64,000 nt of DNA from positions 62,001-126,000 of IMG/VR virus record IMGVR_UViG_3300032236_001859, one strand, 5' to 3'. Under the pieces are notes generated by a model that was given only the letters and a program-made list of their open reading frames with translations, searched no databases and was not told where the DNA came from. The first letter of the stretch is position 1. Each line of letters starts with the position of its first letter. Shown here one piece after another: positions 26,554 through 36,825 of this stretch. A program made the translations under genes and the position numbers.

Positions 26554-27349
26554 GGAAAGCATCCAACCTTTCCTGGATCCTGGTGGCGCGTTGAGACACC
26601 GCACCAGGGGTGAGCTTGAGGCGTTTCGCTATGGCTCCGTTGGTGAGTTTGGGGGCTCCACGGTAACCGGTACGATACGATAGAATTACCTTATCGGTTT
26701 CATCGAGGTCATGATAAGTCGCATCAACCCATTCATCGTAGGGATCCGTGGATGATGTCGCGATCTCTGGGGTATCGTCATCATCATCACCGAGACCATC
26801 TTCGTATGCAGAAGACGAGATCCCCTTGCGCATGAGACCACGAACCTTGGTGATTCGCTTCACCGGGATCCCCGTGATCTCGGCGAGGCGTTCATCGCTG
26901 ACCTCGGTGCCGACGACATCGCCGGCTCGGGAGATCGCATCGATAAGAGCCCGGCTGTCCTTCCGCATGCGCTCCGGCATCGGTAAGGGGTCAGTGATCT
27001 TGGGACCCTCGTGCTGGAGCCTCTGGAGCTGCCGGAACACGTGGGTCTTGAGATCGACACCCACATTGGGGTTAAAGGACTTCACGGCCTCTGCAGCGAT
27101 GAGCCTGGCCCTGTGGGCGACCACGGGAGTCTGTACGGGGGCAAAGCTCGTCAGCGCCTTCTGGATCGTGGGCTGTAGGGTATTGACCACTGCTCTGAGA
27201 TTCTCAGGCCTGGGGTCTCCCTGATAAGCCGTGAAGCTCTCATTCCATGTATTTTTAGACGAAGTTGTCGGGGAACCCTTCGGGCTCTGGGGTAACGACT
27301 GTGACGGTTCCAGTCCCTTTTGCGGCGCCTTTGGGGGCTGTGCCGACAC
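26546..27349 (-). CDS. Sigma-70 family RNA polymerase sigma factor (FliA/SigF-like); start uncertain (27349 GTG, 27505 or 27538 ATG)
   Basis: Region 2 AEAVKSFNPNVGVDLKTHV, region 3 GTEVSDERLAEITG, region 4 HTH LTNGAIAKRLKLTPGAVSQ. Confidence 0.8.
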   Translation of the reverse strand: MSAQPPKAPQKGLEPSQSLPQSPKGSPTTSSKNTWNESFTAYQGDPRPENLRAVVNTLQPTIQKALTSFAPVQTPVVAHRARLIAAEAVKSFNPNVGVDLKTHVFRQLQRLQHEGPKITDPLPMPERMRKDSRALIDAISRAGDVVGTEVSDERLAEITGIPVKRITKVRGLMRKGISSSAYEDGLGDDDDDTPEIATSSTDPYDEWVDATYHDLDETDKVILSYRTGYRGAPKLTNGAIAKRLKLTPGAVSQRATRIQERLDAFHG

Positions 27350-29030
27350 TGATGAAGTTTGAACTGTATTTCGGCTTGGTTGGAGTTGATGCGATTGTGG
27401 TTGTTGGAGTGCTGGTTCCCCCGGCGACGGGGTGCTCGTCGAGTCGGCGTCCTGCGTAGGCTTCGGCCCATAGCGGATGCTGAAAGGTGATGCTTCTTTG
27501 GCCATCACTAGATCGAGTAAATCTAGTGGCCTCGACATCGGCGGCCTGATGTTGTTTCGACCTGACATACATGACCTCCAGTTGGGTACCCGCCTGCTTT
27601 GCAGCTGCATCGAGAATTAGCGTAATGCCTTCGACTGCCCCGTACATCGAGGTGCCCTCGTCGATTGGGGTACCTGCAATAGTTGGGTAAACCAACCGGA
27701 CGGGGGTACATAAACCGATATCCATCCGCAAAGGGCAGTCCACTGCAAGAAGACGTCCGACATAGGTCTGTCTTAGTGCGAGTTCTCTGGCGTATGGGTC
27801 CCCGTAAAAACGAAGGTCCCCGTCGGTGACACGCCCTATCAAGGGGCTCTTGAGCCATGCAGGGGCTGGGAGAGTCGTAAACAGCCCAACGGAGTTTCCG
27901 TTGGGGTCAATGGTATTCTTAGCCTGGATAACCCCTTTTCGGCGGAATCCACCGAGAATACTTACCGCCGAGGTATCCGCCCCGGCTTCACCAACCTGCC
28001 CATTGGGGTTATCAATAAACACGAGTCCAGCTACCACAGATGTGCTCTGCGTTACCCAGCTTGCTCTGATGATCGTGGATGGCCAAAGTGGTTTATGTAA
28101 ATCTGTGGGTGCGAATGGTGTGTACGGTACCACTCCTATCCCAGCGCCATGCTCAATTATTGAGAAAAAGAAGTCGTCTGCCAAGGCCTGTGACTTTGAT
28201 AGCATGCTTTGCTGCACAAGGTCTTTGTGGAACTCTGCGCTTAAATAGCCGTGAACGACTTCAGCCATGGTCTCGTTAAAAATACCACCTTTTAGACTGC
28301 CCTGTATCAGATCTAATGCGTTTTTCGCCGCAACTGTCCCAGGCACTGCCAAATAACTTTGAGCGGCCTCGGCAGCTGCGTCATTCCCCCCGTCTGCGAG
28401 AAAACGTACATACGCGTTCTGCAGCCCAAACTTATCCTGGGCCTGGTGATTCAATACAAATGAAAACGCGTCTGTTATACCTGCCCAGAAATCACGTTGG
28501 AATATCTCAAAATCAATAGACCCTTCATACGAGTTATTGGTTGTTTCCACTAACTCGTCTGTCCGCAGGTACGCGGACGTAGTGTTTGAAAAATGAAGGG
28601 CTCCCGTGGCCAGGTATAGTAAGCGTGAAACGATCACAACTCGTAAGTTGAACTTACCGTTGGCGAGATCACTGGGGCCTCCATCATCGACTACCCCAGT
28701 TATGAGATCATGGTCCCCTGCTTTTAGCAGGAGGTCAGATGACCCCTTGGGTCCGCGCAGTGAATAAACATCTGAATCGAAACGAATGACTACTGTTGCC
28801 GGGGTTCCCTTGACGAACACAAAGTCCGCTGGGATTGCCTTGGTGCCCTTTGGGTTTCTCGCATTAACGCCTACTGCGAGGTCAACCACCGCCTTGGTCT
28901 CAATACGTGAGTATCGAACCACTATTTTCACAGCAGCGTATGACTTACCATCAATCGTCACCCATGCTGAGAATGACGTGGGTACAGTCGGGAGATTCCC
29001 CTGCCGCATGTACTGGGTTAGGTCGGTCAC
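27255..29030 (-). CDS. Baseplate hub-like tail protein (591 aa)
   Basis: Position between tape measure and wedge genes; beta-rich ends of gpD/gp27 type. Confidence 0.55.
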   Translation of the reverse strand: MTDLTQYMRQGNLPTVPTSFSAWVTIDGKSYAAVKIVVRYSRIETKAVVDLAVGVNARNPKGTKAIPADFVFVKGTPATVVIRFDSDVYSLRGPKGSSDLLLKAGDHDLITGVVDDGGPSDLANGKFNLRVVIVSRLLYLATGALHFSNTTSAYLRTDELVETTNNSYEGSIDFEIFQRDFWAGITDAFSFVLNHQAQDKFGLQNAYVRFLADGGNDAAAEAAQSYLAVPGTVAAKNALDLIQGSLKGGIFNETMAEVVHGYLSAEFHKDLVQQSMLSKSQALADDFFFSIIEHGAGIGVVPYTPFAPTDLHKPLWPSTIIRASWVTQSTSVVAGLVFIDNPNGQVGEAGADTSAVSILGGFRRKGVIQAKNTIDPNGNSVGLFTTLPAPAWLKSPLIGRVTDGDLRFYGDPYARELALRQTYVGRLLAVDCPLRMDIGLCTPVRLVYPTIAGTPIDEGTSMYGAVEGITLILDAAAKQAGTQLEVMYVRSKQHQAADVEATRFTRSSDGQRSITFQHPLWAEAYAGRRLDEHPVAGGTSTPTTTIASTPTKPKYSSNFISVGTAPKGAAKGTGTVTVVTPEPEGFPDNFV

Positions 29031-29755
29031 GCGGCACCACCCAGGGTCGCCACGGCAGCTGACAACTTGTCGAGCGTTAATGGGGCTGCTCTGTATATCT
29101 TTTCGATTCGAGGCGACATCAACCCCAATAGGGGTGCCTCCACAGTTGGCAGCCGAGATACCGCCTCAAGCAACCACGGCGCCACAATGGCCTGACGGAT
29201 CAGAGTCCAGGTGTCATGCAGATGAAACTGCGTCCCGTAAAATGTGATAACACCCTTTTGATCTGGGAGTTCTATTACTGGTGACCTATCTGTGTATGAG
29301 AACGCAGACGTGGACTGGCGACCGCGATCATCCGAGATCCTGACCTCAGCGGTACCCGCACCGACTGAAATGGTCTCAATGAACCAAGAGCCGACATCTG
29401 GCGTTAGGGGGGATGTTCCGAAGACGAGAGTAGGCACCGGGGCAATGCCGCGCGCTGTAACAACGCCTGCGCTGACCGCGAATAGTGATCGCAGCGTCTC
29501 TGCCGTATAGGTTACCCGGACATCCCTTGCCAGGATGACCTCAGAGAGCGGGGAGTTCATGAGCCCATAGGTTAGCTGAACACAGCGTAGAAAATGCTCA
29601 CGTCTTCCGAGGCCGGAACCTATGATTGCGTTCCTTACCGCGGTCTCCGCCGACCCCATCGCACGTGGGGTAAAGGATGACCACACGATATCCCCTGGGG
29701 AACCCGCGATGTTGTCCAGCCTGACCAAAAAGTCGTTTATCATGCCATACTCCAT
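29027..29755 (-). CDS. Tail/baseplate hypothetical protein
   Basis: Coupled ORF within the tail operon. Confidence 0.6.
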   Translation of the reverse strand: MEYGMINDFLVRLDNIAGSPGDIVWSSFTPRAMGSAETAVRNAIIGSGLGRREHFLRCVQLTYGLMNSPLSEVILARDVRVTYTAETLRSLFAVSAGVVTARGIAPVPTLVFGTSPLTPDVGSWFIETISVGAGTAEVRISDDRGRQSTSAFSYTDRSPVIELPDQKGVITFYGTQFHLHDTWTLIRQAIVAPWLLEAVSRLPTVEAPLLGLMSPRIEKIYRAAPLTLDKLSAAVATLGGAA

Positions 29756-30225
29756 GCCGCGAATTGTAACTGGCTTCGCACCACGGTGCCTTCATGCGCC
29801 TGAGCATTCAAGGCGAGTTCTAGGAGGTACCCTGCGTAGACGTTCTCCCCTATCGCCAGTGTGAGCGGGTTTAACCTGCCATTCTGGAACTTGTTGGCCC
29901 CATACCAGGCCTGGATGGCCTTTACAGTATCAGTGGTTTCTGCCCCGTTTACACCACAGACCTTACCATGCACAAGCCCTACACTCATCATGCCAACATC
30001 ATCCCCAAATGGGATTGCGAATAAAGATTTATCTAGGGTGGTCTGGAACTGCGCCAGCACTTTCTCCCTGAGCTCAACTGTAGTCACGAACCCAGAGTTC
30101 TCGAACTTTCCGCCGGAACTGGCATCTCCTTGAATCTTGAGATTGAAGGTCTGCGCCTCGGAATCAGCATCTATGGCTACGATGCGACCCGGCATGGATG
30201 AGAAGATCGCTGTTCCGTTTGGCAT
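29740..30225 (-). CDS. Tube-like or tube-initiator protein
   Basis: 161 aa, beta-rich, right after the tape measure gene; similar in size and pattern to the tube protein. Confidence 0.5.
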   Translation of the reverse strand: MPNGTAIFSSMPGRIVAIDADSEAQTFNLKIQGDASSGGKFENSGFVTTVELREKVLAQFQTTLDKSLFAIPFGDDVGMMSVGLVHGKVCGVNGAETTDTVKAIQAWYGANKFQNGRLNPLTLAIGENVYAGYLLELALNAQAHEGTVVRSQLQFAAWSMA

Positions 30226-32735
30226 CAGTTATTCCCATTTACAAATGGAGTAAGTCTTTGGTATTTGATGTTGCTACTTAGATTTTCATTGCTGGCAGCC
30301 TGGTCCACTACCACCTCCGCATTCCACCCAGGAACCGGTGTCAATTTTATTGTCACCCCTACTTCCTGGCGTGCCGTCTTCTGTGCTTTCCCACCACTGC
30401 CATCGTCGTTTTTTGAAGCCTGTTCCATTGCGAGTTTTGTTAGCCCTGCCCCAGCTTTCTTCAATCCCTCGGCACCCCAGTTCTCCAGGCGGTCAAACAT
30501 CTCACCGCCCCACCTGCCAAGGAAAGACCCAGACCCCAGTGTCTTCAGTCCTAGTTTGTGCATCTCGCGTTCAGCGGCATGCAATCGAGGGCTGAGTGCA
30601 TCCAGCCGCTCCTGATCGCCCGTTGCCTTAGAAACCTCTACCTGCGTGTTGTAAAACTCGAGGAGGGTGGCACTCAGTTTCTTCCGCTGGCTCGCAGGGG
30701 CTCGCTCAAGGGTGTTTAGCACGTTCGCGCGATCTGCTGGCAGCATTAAATGTGAGGATTCCAACAACCCCATCAGTGCCTTGGAACTTGTAAGATCAGT
30801 TGTGCCACTCTTCAGATGGGCGAGCGCCTCGCCCATCCCGCTCACACTAAGAGTACCAGTCAGCAATGAAGCTATATTTTGCTTCATCACTTCTGCTTCC
30901 CTTTCTGGCCTAAGGTTTTCAGCTACACGCATGGAGTTCAGGCGATATATCGCAGCGTCGGCGCGGTGCCCATTCGCAGCAAAAACTGACTTGAGCTCAT
31001 CGTGCGAGAGATCCAACCCAGTTGCTTTTGCGGCGGCCGCGAACTTGGCCTCGTCATCTGCACTCAAGATGAGCTTGTTCCCTAGCCCATGTAAGACCTG
31101 CGCAGCATCGAGGTCCATACCCGCGAACTTCTGATATACACCTGCCAGGCCAATTCGCTTCCCCTTTACGGAAACGTACCCGGTTCGTTTAAGTGCTTGT
31201 AGCTGCCCCTCGCTGATCCCGCTATCCTCGAACCTTGAGAGGTCATACCCTGCGGCTGCCAACGCAGTCAAGGCATCTGTCATCTGTGCGGGGTCTGCTG
31301 CTCGACTGCGTGACAATAAAGCCCTGCCCTGCGCAGTCCCCAGCTTCTGCATCATCTTGGCACCCCCGTCAGGACTGTTCAGGGCGTCGCCAATGAAATC
31401 TTTGAAATCTGGGTCGGTATAACCCCAGGCCACAGCACGCATGAGATCAGAGCTCTGCGCTCTGACATTGTCCATCGCCATGCGGCTTCCCGCCGCTGCC
31501 AACGTGGAACTCACTCCATGTACCCCGGCATCATTGAGGGTCTGCCCGGTCAGTCGCATAGTAGCCTGTGACATCGAGGCAGTGGCAATGTTTATGAGTT
31601 GATTACCTCCGAACTGCCGAGTTATCACGGTGCCAGCATCCAGCATTTGTTTGGATGTCATACCGGCGGCTTCACCCAGCGCTTTCAGATTGCGCAGGAT
31701 GTCTTGAAAGTTTGCGGCATCGGCGCTGCTACCAGGGATCATCCCAAGTTGCGCTGCGAGTTCGCCTCGCTGTCCTACCGACATGCCTTCACCAAGAGTC
31801 GAACCCAGCGTGGAAATTACGCGTGCTACATTGGCACCCCCCTGCACAGTGGCCCCGGCGAGACGCAGGGCTTTCATCTCAGCCTCGAGATCCGCTGAAG
31901 AAAATTTCCCAGAACCAACACGCGCTGTCAACGTCTCAGTAGCCTTGTCCTTGAGATACTTCCCCTTCAGACTTCCCGAGTAATCCAGTGCGTTGAGATC
32001 CACTGCGATAGCCATTGTTTCAGCGAAGTCATCCATGTTCATGCCGGATGTAAGCACGTTATCCCGAAGCATGAAATCCCCGAGATCACCACCCGCATCT
32101 CCGTAATGTTGCCCCCGGTAGTTCAACCTTGAGCGCTCTTGCAACGTGTTCTTCAGATGCCCGGCCATCGCGCTATCAAGGCGGTGCATGACATTGCGCC
32201 CACGCTGAGCTGCGATTATCCCAGCGCCACCACGCCCAGTCATCAAATTAGGATCCACAAGTCGTGCAGCGTCGGATACCAGCCCACCAGTGAGTTGGTC
32301 TATCATGGGGGCGCCAGACATCAGTATGTTCGCAAACATACTGCCCTGCTGCAGCCCCAGCGCACCTACGGCAACCCTACCCAAATCCTGGGTGCCCAGC
32401 GACATCATGACTTGAGCGTACTCGCGTGACTGCACTTCTCGAATGGGGTCTGCGGTTCCGCGTGCCAAGTTAATACGATTTACAACATCTGCCCAATTCA
32501 GCCCACCTCCACTGGCGGATTGGAAGACCATGGGCAAGAGCATGTCACCAACCATGCCTGCCATTCCGGCGCCTTCGCCGAAACGTCCAAGTGTCTGGGC
32601 AAGACTGAAACCTTGCGATGCCGAGATATCCGGGGCAGTGAATCTTGGCCGATAATTCCCCGACGCAGATCCCGGGTTCTGCATGAGGCCTTGGAGCCCC
32701 TGGAGCATCTCAGGACTTAGACTGGATAGATCCAT
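30225..32735 (-). CDS. Tape measure protein (836 aa)
   Basis: A/G/L/M-rich and helical; follows the chaperone pair. Confidence 0.7.
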   Translation of the reverse strand: MDLSSLSPEMLQGLQGLMQNPGSASGNYRPRFTAPDISASQGFSLAQTLGRFGEGAGMAGMVGDMLLPMVFQSASGGGLNWADVVNRINLARGTADPIREVQSREYAQVMMSLGTQDLGRVAVGALGLQQGSMFANILMSGAPMIDQLTGGLVSDAARLVDPNLMTGRGGAGIIAAQRGRNVMHRLDSAMAGHLKNTLQERSRLNYRGQHYGDAGGDLGDFMLRDNVLTSGMNMDDFAETMAIAVDLNALDYSGSLKGKYLKDKATETLTARVGSGKFSSADLEAEMKALRLAGATVQGGANVARVISTLGSTLGEGMSVGQRGELAAQLGMIPGSSADAANFQDILRNLKALGEAAGMTSKQMLDAGTVITRQFGGNQLINIATASMSQATMRLTGQTLNDAGVHGVSSTLAAAGSRMAMDNVRAQSSDLMRAVAWGYTDPDFKDFIGDALNSPDGGAKMMQKLGTAQGRALLSRSRAADPAQMTDALTALAAAGYDLSRFEDSGISEGQLQALKRTGYVSVKGKRIGLAGVYQKFAGMDLDAAQVLHGLGNKLILSADDEAKFAAAAKATGLDLSHDELKSVFAANGHRADAAIYRLNSMRVAENLRPEREAEVMKQNIASLLTGTLSVSGMGEALAHLKSGTTDLTSSKALMGLLESSHLMLPADRANVLNTLERAPASQRKKLSATLLEFYNTQVEVSKATGDQERLDALSPRLHAAEREMHKLGLKTLGSGSFLGRWGGEMFDRLENWGAEGLKKAGAGLTKLAMEQASKNDDGSGGKAQKTARQEVGVTIKLTPVPGWNAEVVVDQAASNENLSSNIKYQRLTPFVNGNN

Positions 32736-33102
32736 CTTTCAAGGCCTTCTCGATGAGGTCGGGTCGGAACGTGAGATACCAATCCACGATATCGTCGATT
32801 GGCTCATACGCATTCTGTTGAGATCCCAGACGATACCAAGGCATCAGGGTTCCCCTGAACCCCTCGACCCCTTTGATCGCATACTCTTGGAGAACCGCGG
32901 GGCCTTGATCAGTACGCAGCGCCATCGTGGCGATCTGCCGGATTGCATCGATCTCGCCTACTTTATTTGTGAGCGTGCGCTCGAAAGCCTGGAGCCTGAA
33001 TCGCAGGCCCAGCCATTCCTTGTGTGTACCCCGCCATGACTTGAAATCTACGAAGCCGGCCCCGCAGGCGTGAACCATTAGGTAGCGGAATCGGCTTCCC
33101 AA
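32710..33102 (-). CDS. Tail assembly chaperone extension (T/E'-like)
   Basis: -1 frame opens at GGATTTTTGG near the end of the upstream gene; an independent ATG also exists at 33078. Confidence 0.6.
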   Translation of the reverse strand: MGSRFRYLMVHACGAGFVDFKSWRGTHKEWLGLRFRLQAFERTLTNKVGEIDAIRQIATMALRTDQGPAVLQEYAIKGVEGFRGTLMPWYRLGSQQNAYEPIDDIVDWYLTFRPDLIEKALKDGSIQSKS

Positions 33103-33899
33103 AAATCCGGGGATTCCGCCTGAGCGATGAGTTTGTAGACCAGGGACTCAAAGATGGAGTGGGAGGTTCGCAGCGCCGTCTTCATGGGGTTCGAGAGCTC
33201 TTCAAGCAAGGCGAGCCGGGCGTATCGCAAAGGGGTGTGGCCAGGGGTTCCCTTGAACTCTTCGGGGGGTCTCGTCTTCATGGCATCAAAGACTCGTGGG
33301 TTTGATCCCTTGAGATGGATGCTGTGCAGCGATGCCACGAACTGGTAGTCGTAATAGCGCTGGACTCTCAGGTGATTCCTGAGCTCGGATCCCGTGGTCC
33401 CAAAGGAACCATCGATTTCCTCGTCATAGAAGGCCTGACGGGAACATGCCTCATCCTCACCTGCCGTCCTGGTCTGGAAGACAACGGTGAGGGAGCCACC
33501 GAAGAAGGAATACGATTTCTGGAAGCGGGGGGCACCGAGGACGTGGGCGAGGAACGCGGCCTTGTCGACTTTGTCGATCTCGGACTCCACGGGTTCCACG
33601 GGATCCACCGCTTTGACCTCGCCTTGTTTCAGAACAGTTTTGCCGTCGGCGTCCTTGGCTTCATAGCTGGATCCCTCGAGGGCCTGCTGGGCCTTGATGC
33701 GGGCCTCAGCACGCTGGACAACATCTGCGGTGGGTTCCGGTGCGGGGACAACCCTGCGGGTTCCCCCGGGAATCGTTGATGGTGCCTGTGGTGCTGCCAC
33801 GGGGACCTCAGCACCGGTTGGGGTCAGTTTGCCGGCGGCCTCGAGATCTGCGATCTCTTCAGGGGTCAGCTGATTCAATGGGATTTGGGTGGACATCAC
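33078..33899 (-). CDS. Tail assembly chaperone
   Basis: Upstream of the tape measure gene; ends in PDFW with a slippery run. Confidence 0.6.
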   Translation of the reverse strand: MMSTQIPLNQLTPEEIADLEAAGKLTPTGAEVPVAAPQAPSTIPGGTRRVVPAPEPTADVVQRAEARIKAQQALEGSSYEAKDADGKTVLKQGEVKAVDPVEPVESEIDKVDKAAFLAHVLGAPRFQKSYSFFGGSLTVVFQTRTAGEDEACSRQAFYDEEIDGSFGTTGSELRNHLRVQRYYDYQFVASLHSIHLKGSNPRVFDAMKTRPPEEFKGTPGHTPLRYARLALLEELSNPMKTALRTSHSIFESLVYKLIAQAESPDFWEADSAT

Positions 33900-36232
33900 G
33901 GGCTCCTGACGAGTTTGCTGAGATTTGCGGCCGCCGCAGCGGGAACCACTGCACCGGGATCCGCTCCGGGTTGACTCAGAGTAGAGGTCGCTGTCTTGAT
34001 GTCAAAGTAGAGGCCCTCGGGGGACACCAGGTATTGACCTGAGTTCGCCCAGATCTCGTAACCCGGGTACGCCGCAGTCGGGGTACCACCCTTGGAGTCC
34101 ACCTTGCGCTCTTCCCAGGGTGTCCTGGTCAGGCTGCGCTGTTGCCACCTCATCTCGGGTAACGCAAAGTTGAAGTCTCCGGGGAGACCATAATCCACAC
34201 TGCGGATAAACGAGAACCCGTAGGCGTCGAGCTTCAGGGTTGTCATGGGAACATCACGGTTAATGAACTCGGCGACGACTTTGCGGGAAGGCTTCGCTGA
34301 AGTCTCGAATGCGGCCACCGCAGATTTGATTGCTGTGGTATTCGCGGTGATCTGGGTTTCCAGAGACCTCGCCGCTGCGGGGTCCTTGGAGACATCACTG
34401 ATACCATTGGCGACCACAGTCTTCCCAGTGGCCAGTTGTCCGCCTATAACCGCGTTGGAGTTGATCAGCATGCTCTTGAAGCCCACGAAGTCGCCTTGGG
34501 CCACGATATCACCGGAGACACTGAGAACGCTCTTGTCGGGGTCGACCCCCAAGGCGAGCAGGGGGCGATCGGAATCCGCGAAGACTTGGAACTGGCTGGT
34601 TACCTTGAAGGCCAGAGCAGGGGCATCCAGAATGCAGGTATCCAGAGCTCGAATCGCAACCCTGTTTTCAGAGAATACCCCGACATCTGCCTTCGCCGCA
34701 GCATAGATCCCGGATTCACTGAGGATGACGACACCACCAACGGAACCATCGAGGCCGTCACCGGCACGACACGTCGGCGCCGTACTCTTGGATTCGATGA
34801 GGACGCCTTCTTCGCCGCCATCATTGCCACCTAGGATGCTGAGTTGGCGTTCTGCCTTGAGATCCAGGCGCCCCGTGTTCGCTACAACCTGGACGTGCTC
34901 GTAGCCCTTGATGACGACATTCTTCGAGGCATAGGTGAGCTTGGAGCCCCCGCAGAGCTCGATGATGTCACCAGGAGCACTGAGGACGATGTTGGGGCCC
35001 GCGGCCATGATCTGGGCACCATGGGCGTTCTCGATGACCACGTTGCCGTCGGGAAGCAAGGCAACCACTGATCTGCCCACGTAGAACTTCTTTGTCTTCT
35101 CGGGACCCACGGCGATCTCAACTGTTGCGGGGAGGTCTCCCCACATCTTGCCAGTGGGGACCACGAGTTGGGATTCCGGGGGTAGCCTGTCCTGAGTCCA
35201 CCTCTGTTTCACGGTATCTACTGCATTCCTGGCTCGGTAAGATGTCACGCTATCAATGATGTCGAAGACGCTCTGTGCCGAGGTCACCGCGGCAACGATA
35301 CCGGCGAAACTCAGGGGATCCCTTGGAGACTTCAGGGACGCCGCGAGTTCCTTGCCTAATTCAGTGGGATCACTTGGTGTGATCTCCTCGGGGACATCGA
35401 GATCGATGCGGCGTTCCAGGATGACACCGCCGGCCGCCGAGATAACCCTGACCCCGTTTTCATCTACGTGGTCTGACCACAGCGCACGCCGTGGGGTCTC
35501 GCGTTGACCCGGGCCGGCACCATAGAGGTGTGATCCCAGATGCCCTGGACCCGCTTGTTCAATGAGTCTTGGTAGTGCATCGGTATCCACGGCTTCAGCG
35601 GGGGTCCAGAATCGCTTCGAGGTTTTCTCAGCGAAGGCACCTATGTAAGTATCTGCGCTTTGCGACATCAGGGTGTCGTGTTCCCACTGCATTGCCCGAA
35701 GTCTTCCAAGTTGGGTATCCGTGAAGAATGACAGCTCGGCCATGGGGCCGGCGCCCAACCAGGACCGGAAGTGTTCAACACCAATGCCAGCACCAAAGTA
35801 TGACGACTTTGCCCATTCCCCGGGAACAAGGTCTATGATGCCGTCGTTTCGGGATTCACGGAGCCCACGTAGAATCTTACCCTGGAGGAGCTGCTTGGAT
35901 AAACTGCCCTCCCAGTACCCGGAGACCGGAGTCTGTAAGATGGATCTCGGGAGGTAGAGATCAACGCTGGGATCCGTATGGATTTGATCCACACATATGA
36001 TGCGCGAGGGGTTGTCCCCGACTGCCAAGGCGAAGAGGACCAGGGTACCCACGGCGAGACCACCGGATCCCCGGACCCCAGTGGTCCCCGAACCATCTCC
36101 GAACCAGGTGGCCATAACCGTGCAGTAGGGTCCGGCGAGGCGATAATAGTTGGTGCCCGCGTAGGCTTCGATGACACGACCGGGGTAAACGTCGAATGGC
36201 ATGGCGGGGATCCTATCTGGGGTGGTGCTCAA
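33896..36232 (-). CDS. Baseplate central spike (gp5/VgrG-like)
   Basis: OB-fold-like N-terminus (GRVIE...AVGTLVL), followed by repeated short beta strands (beta-helix-like). Confidence 0.6.
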   Translation of the reverse strand: MSTTPDRIPAMPFDVYPGRVIEAYAGTNYYRLAGPYCTVMATWFGDGSGTTGVRGSGGLAVGTLVLFALAVGDNPSRIICVDQIHTDPSVDLYLPRSILQTPVSGYWEGSLSKQLLQGKILRGLRESRNDGIIDLVPGEWAKSSYFGAGIGVEHFRSWLGAGPMAELSFFTDTQLGRLRAMQWEHDTLMSQSADTYIGAFAEKTSKRFWTPAEAVDTDALPRLIEQAGPGHLGSHLYGAGPGQRETPRRALWSDHVDENGVRVISAAGGVILERRIDLDVPEEITPSDPTELGKELAASLKSPRDPLSFAGIVAAVTSAQSVFDIIDSVTSYRARNAVDTVKQRWTQDRLPPESQLVVPTGKMWGDLPATVEIAVGPEKTKKFYVGRSVVALLPDGNVVIENAHGAQIMAAGPNIVLSAPGDIIELCGGSKLTYASKNVVIKGYEHVQVVANTGRLDLKAERQLSILGGNDGGEEGVLIESKSTAPTCRAGDGLDGSVGGVVILSESGIYAAAKADVGVFSENRVAIRALDTCILDAPALAFKVTSQFQVFADSDRPLLALGVDPDKSVLSVSGDIVAQGDFVGFKSMLINSNAVIGGQLATGKTVVANGISDVSKDPAAARSLETQITANTTAIKSAVAAFETSAKPSRKVVAEFINRDVPMTTLKLDAYGFSFIRSVDYGLPGDFNFALPEMRWQQRSLTRTPWEERKVDSKGGTPTAAYPGYEIWANSGQYLVSPEGLYFDIKTATSTLSQPGADPGAVVPAAAAANLSKLVRSP

Positions 36233-36264
36233 ACAAAGACCCCGGCCTCGACGAGACCGGGGTC
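36231..36264 (-). terminator. Intrinsic terminator after the tube gene
   Basis: GACCCCGGTCTC-GTC-GAGGCCGGGGTC then TTTGTTT. Confidence 0.75.
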
Positions 36265-36289
36265 ACAACAATCCAATTCCCACGATGCA

Positions 36290-36796
36290 CTAGGACTTAT
36301 TACGACGCAGAGATGTGAACATCATGGCCAACGATGAATTGATAACGAACTGTTGGGCATCGGCACCAAAACTGATTCCAGTGGAGATCGCACCCCACAG
36401 GGTAAGCGAGAGCACCGGCGGCGTGTTACCGCTACCCTTGTTCCAACCCACGCATTCCGAGCGTTCATTGGCAGTCAAGGTGAGACCACGGTTGTTCAGG
36501 GTGCAGAGGTCAGCGAGGACTTCGACGAGTTCATCGACGAGGCCCTGGGGGCCGACGATGCGTGCCAAGGTGCCCTGGCCTTCGGTGCGACCTTCGATGT
36601 AATACTGCTTCTGGGTGCCCAGCGCCCAGAATCGAGTGATCTGGCGTTGGTAGTTGAGTTGCAGGTTCTGGACCAAGGCGCCCTCGAAGTTGACTTCAGT
36701 GCCGGCGCCATTCTGACCAGAGATGGCCATCGTGAACTTATTGCCTTTGAAGACCCCACCGAGACCACTATCGATTCCAAAGATGTCGCCAGCCAT
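36290..36796 (-). CDS. Tail tube protein
   Basis: 168 aa directly after the sheath gene; LVQNLQLNYQRQITRFWALG; SD AAAGGA. Confidence 0.8.
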   Translation of the reverse strand: MAGDIFGIDSGLGGVFKGNKFTMAISGQNGAGTEVNFEGALVQNLQLNYQRQITRFWALGTQKQYYIEGRTEGQGTLARIVGPQGLVDELVEVLADLCTLNNRGLTLTANERSECVGWNKGSGNTPPVLSLTLWGAISTGISFGADAQQFVINSSLAMMFTSLRRNKS

Positions 36797-36825
36797 GATT
36801 GATTCCTTTTTGGGTTAAACTGGGT

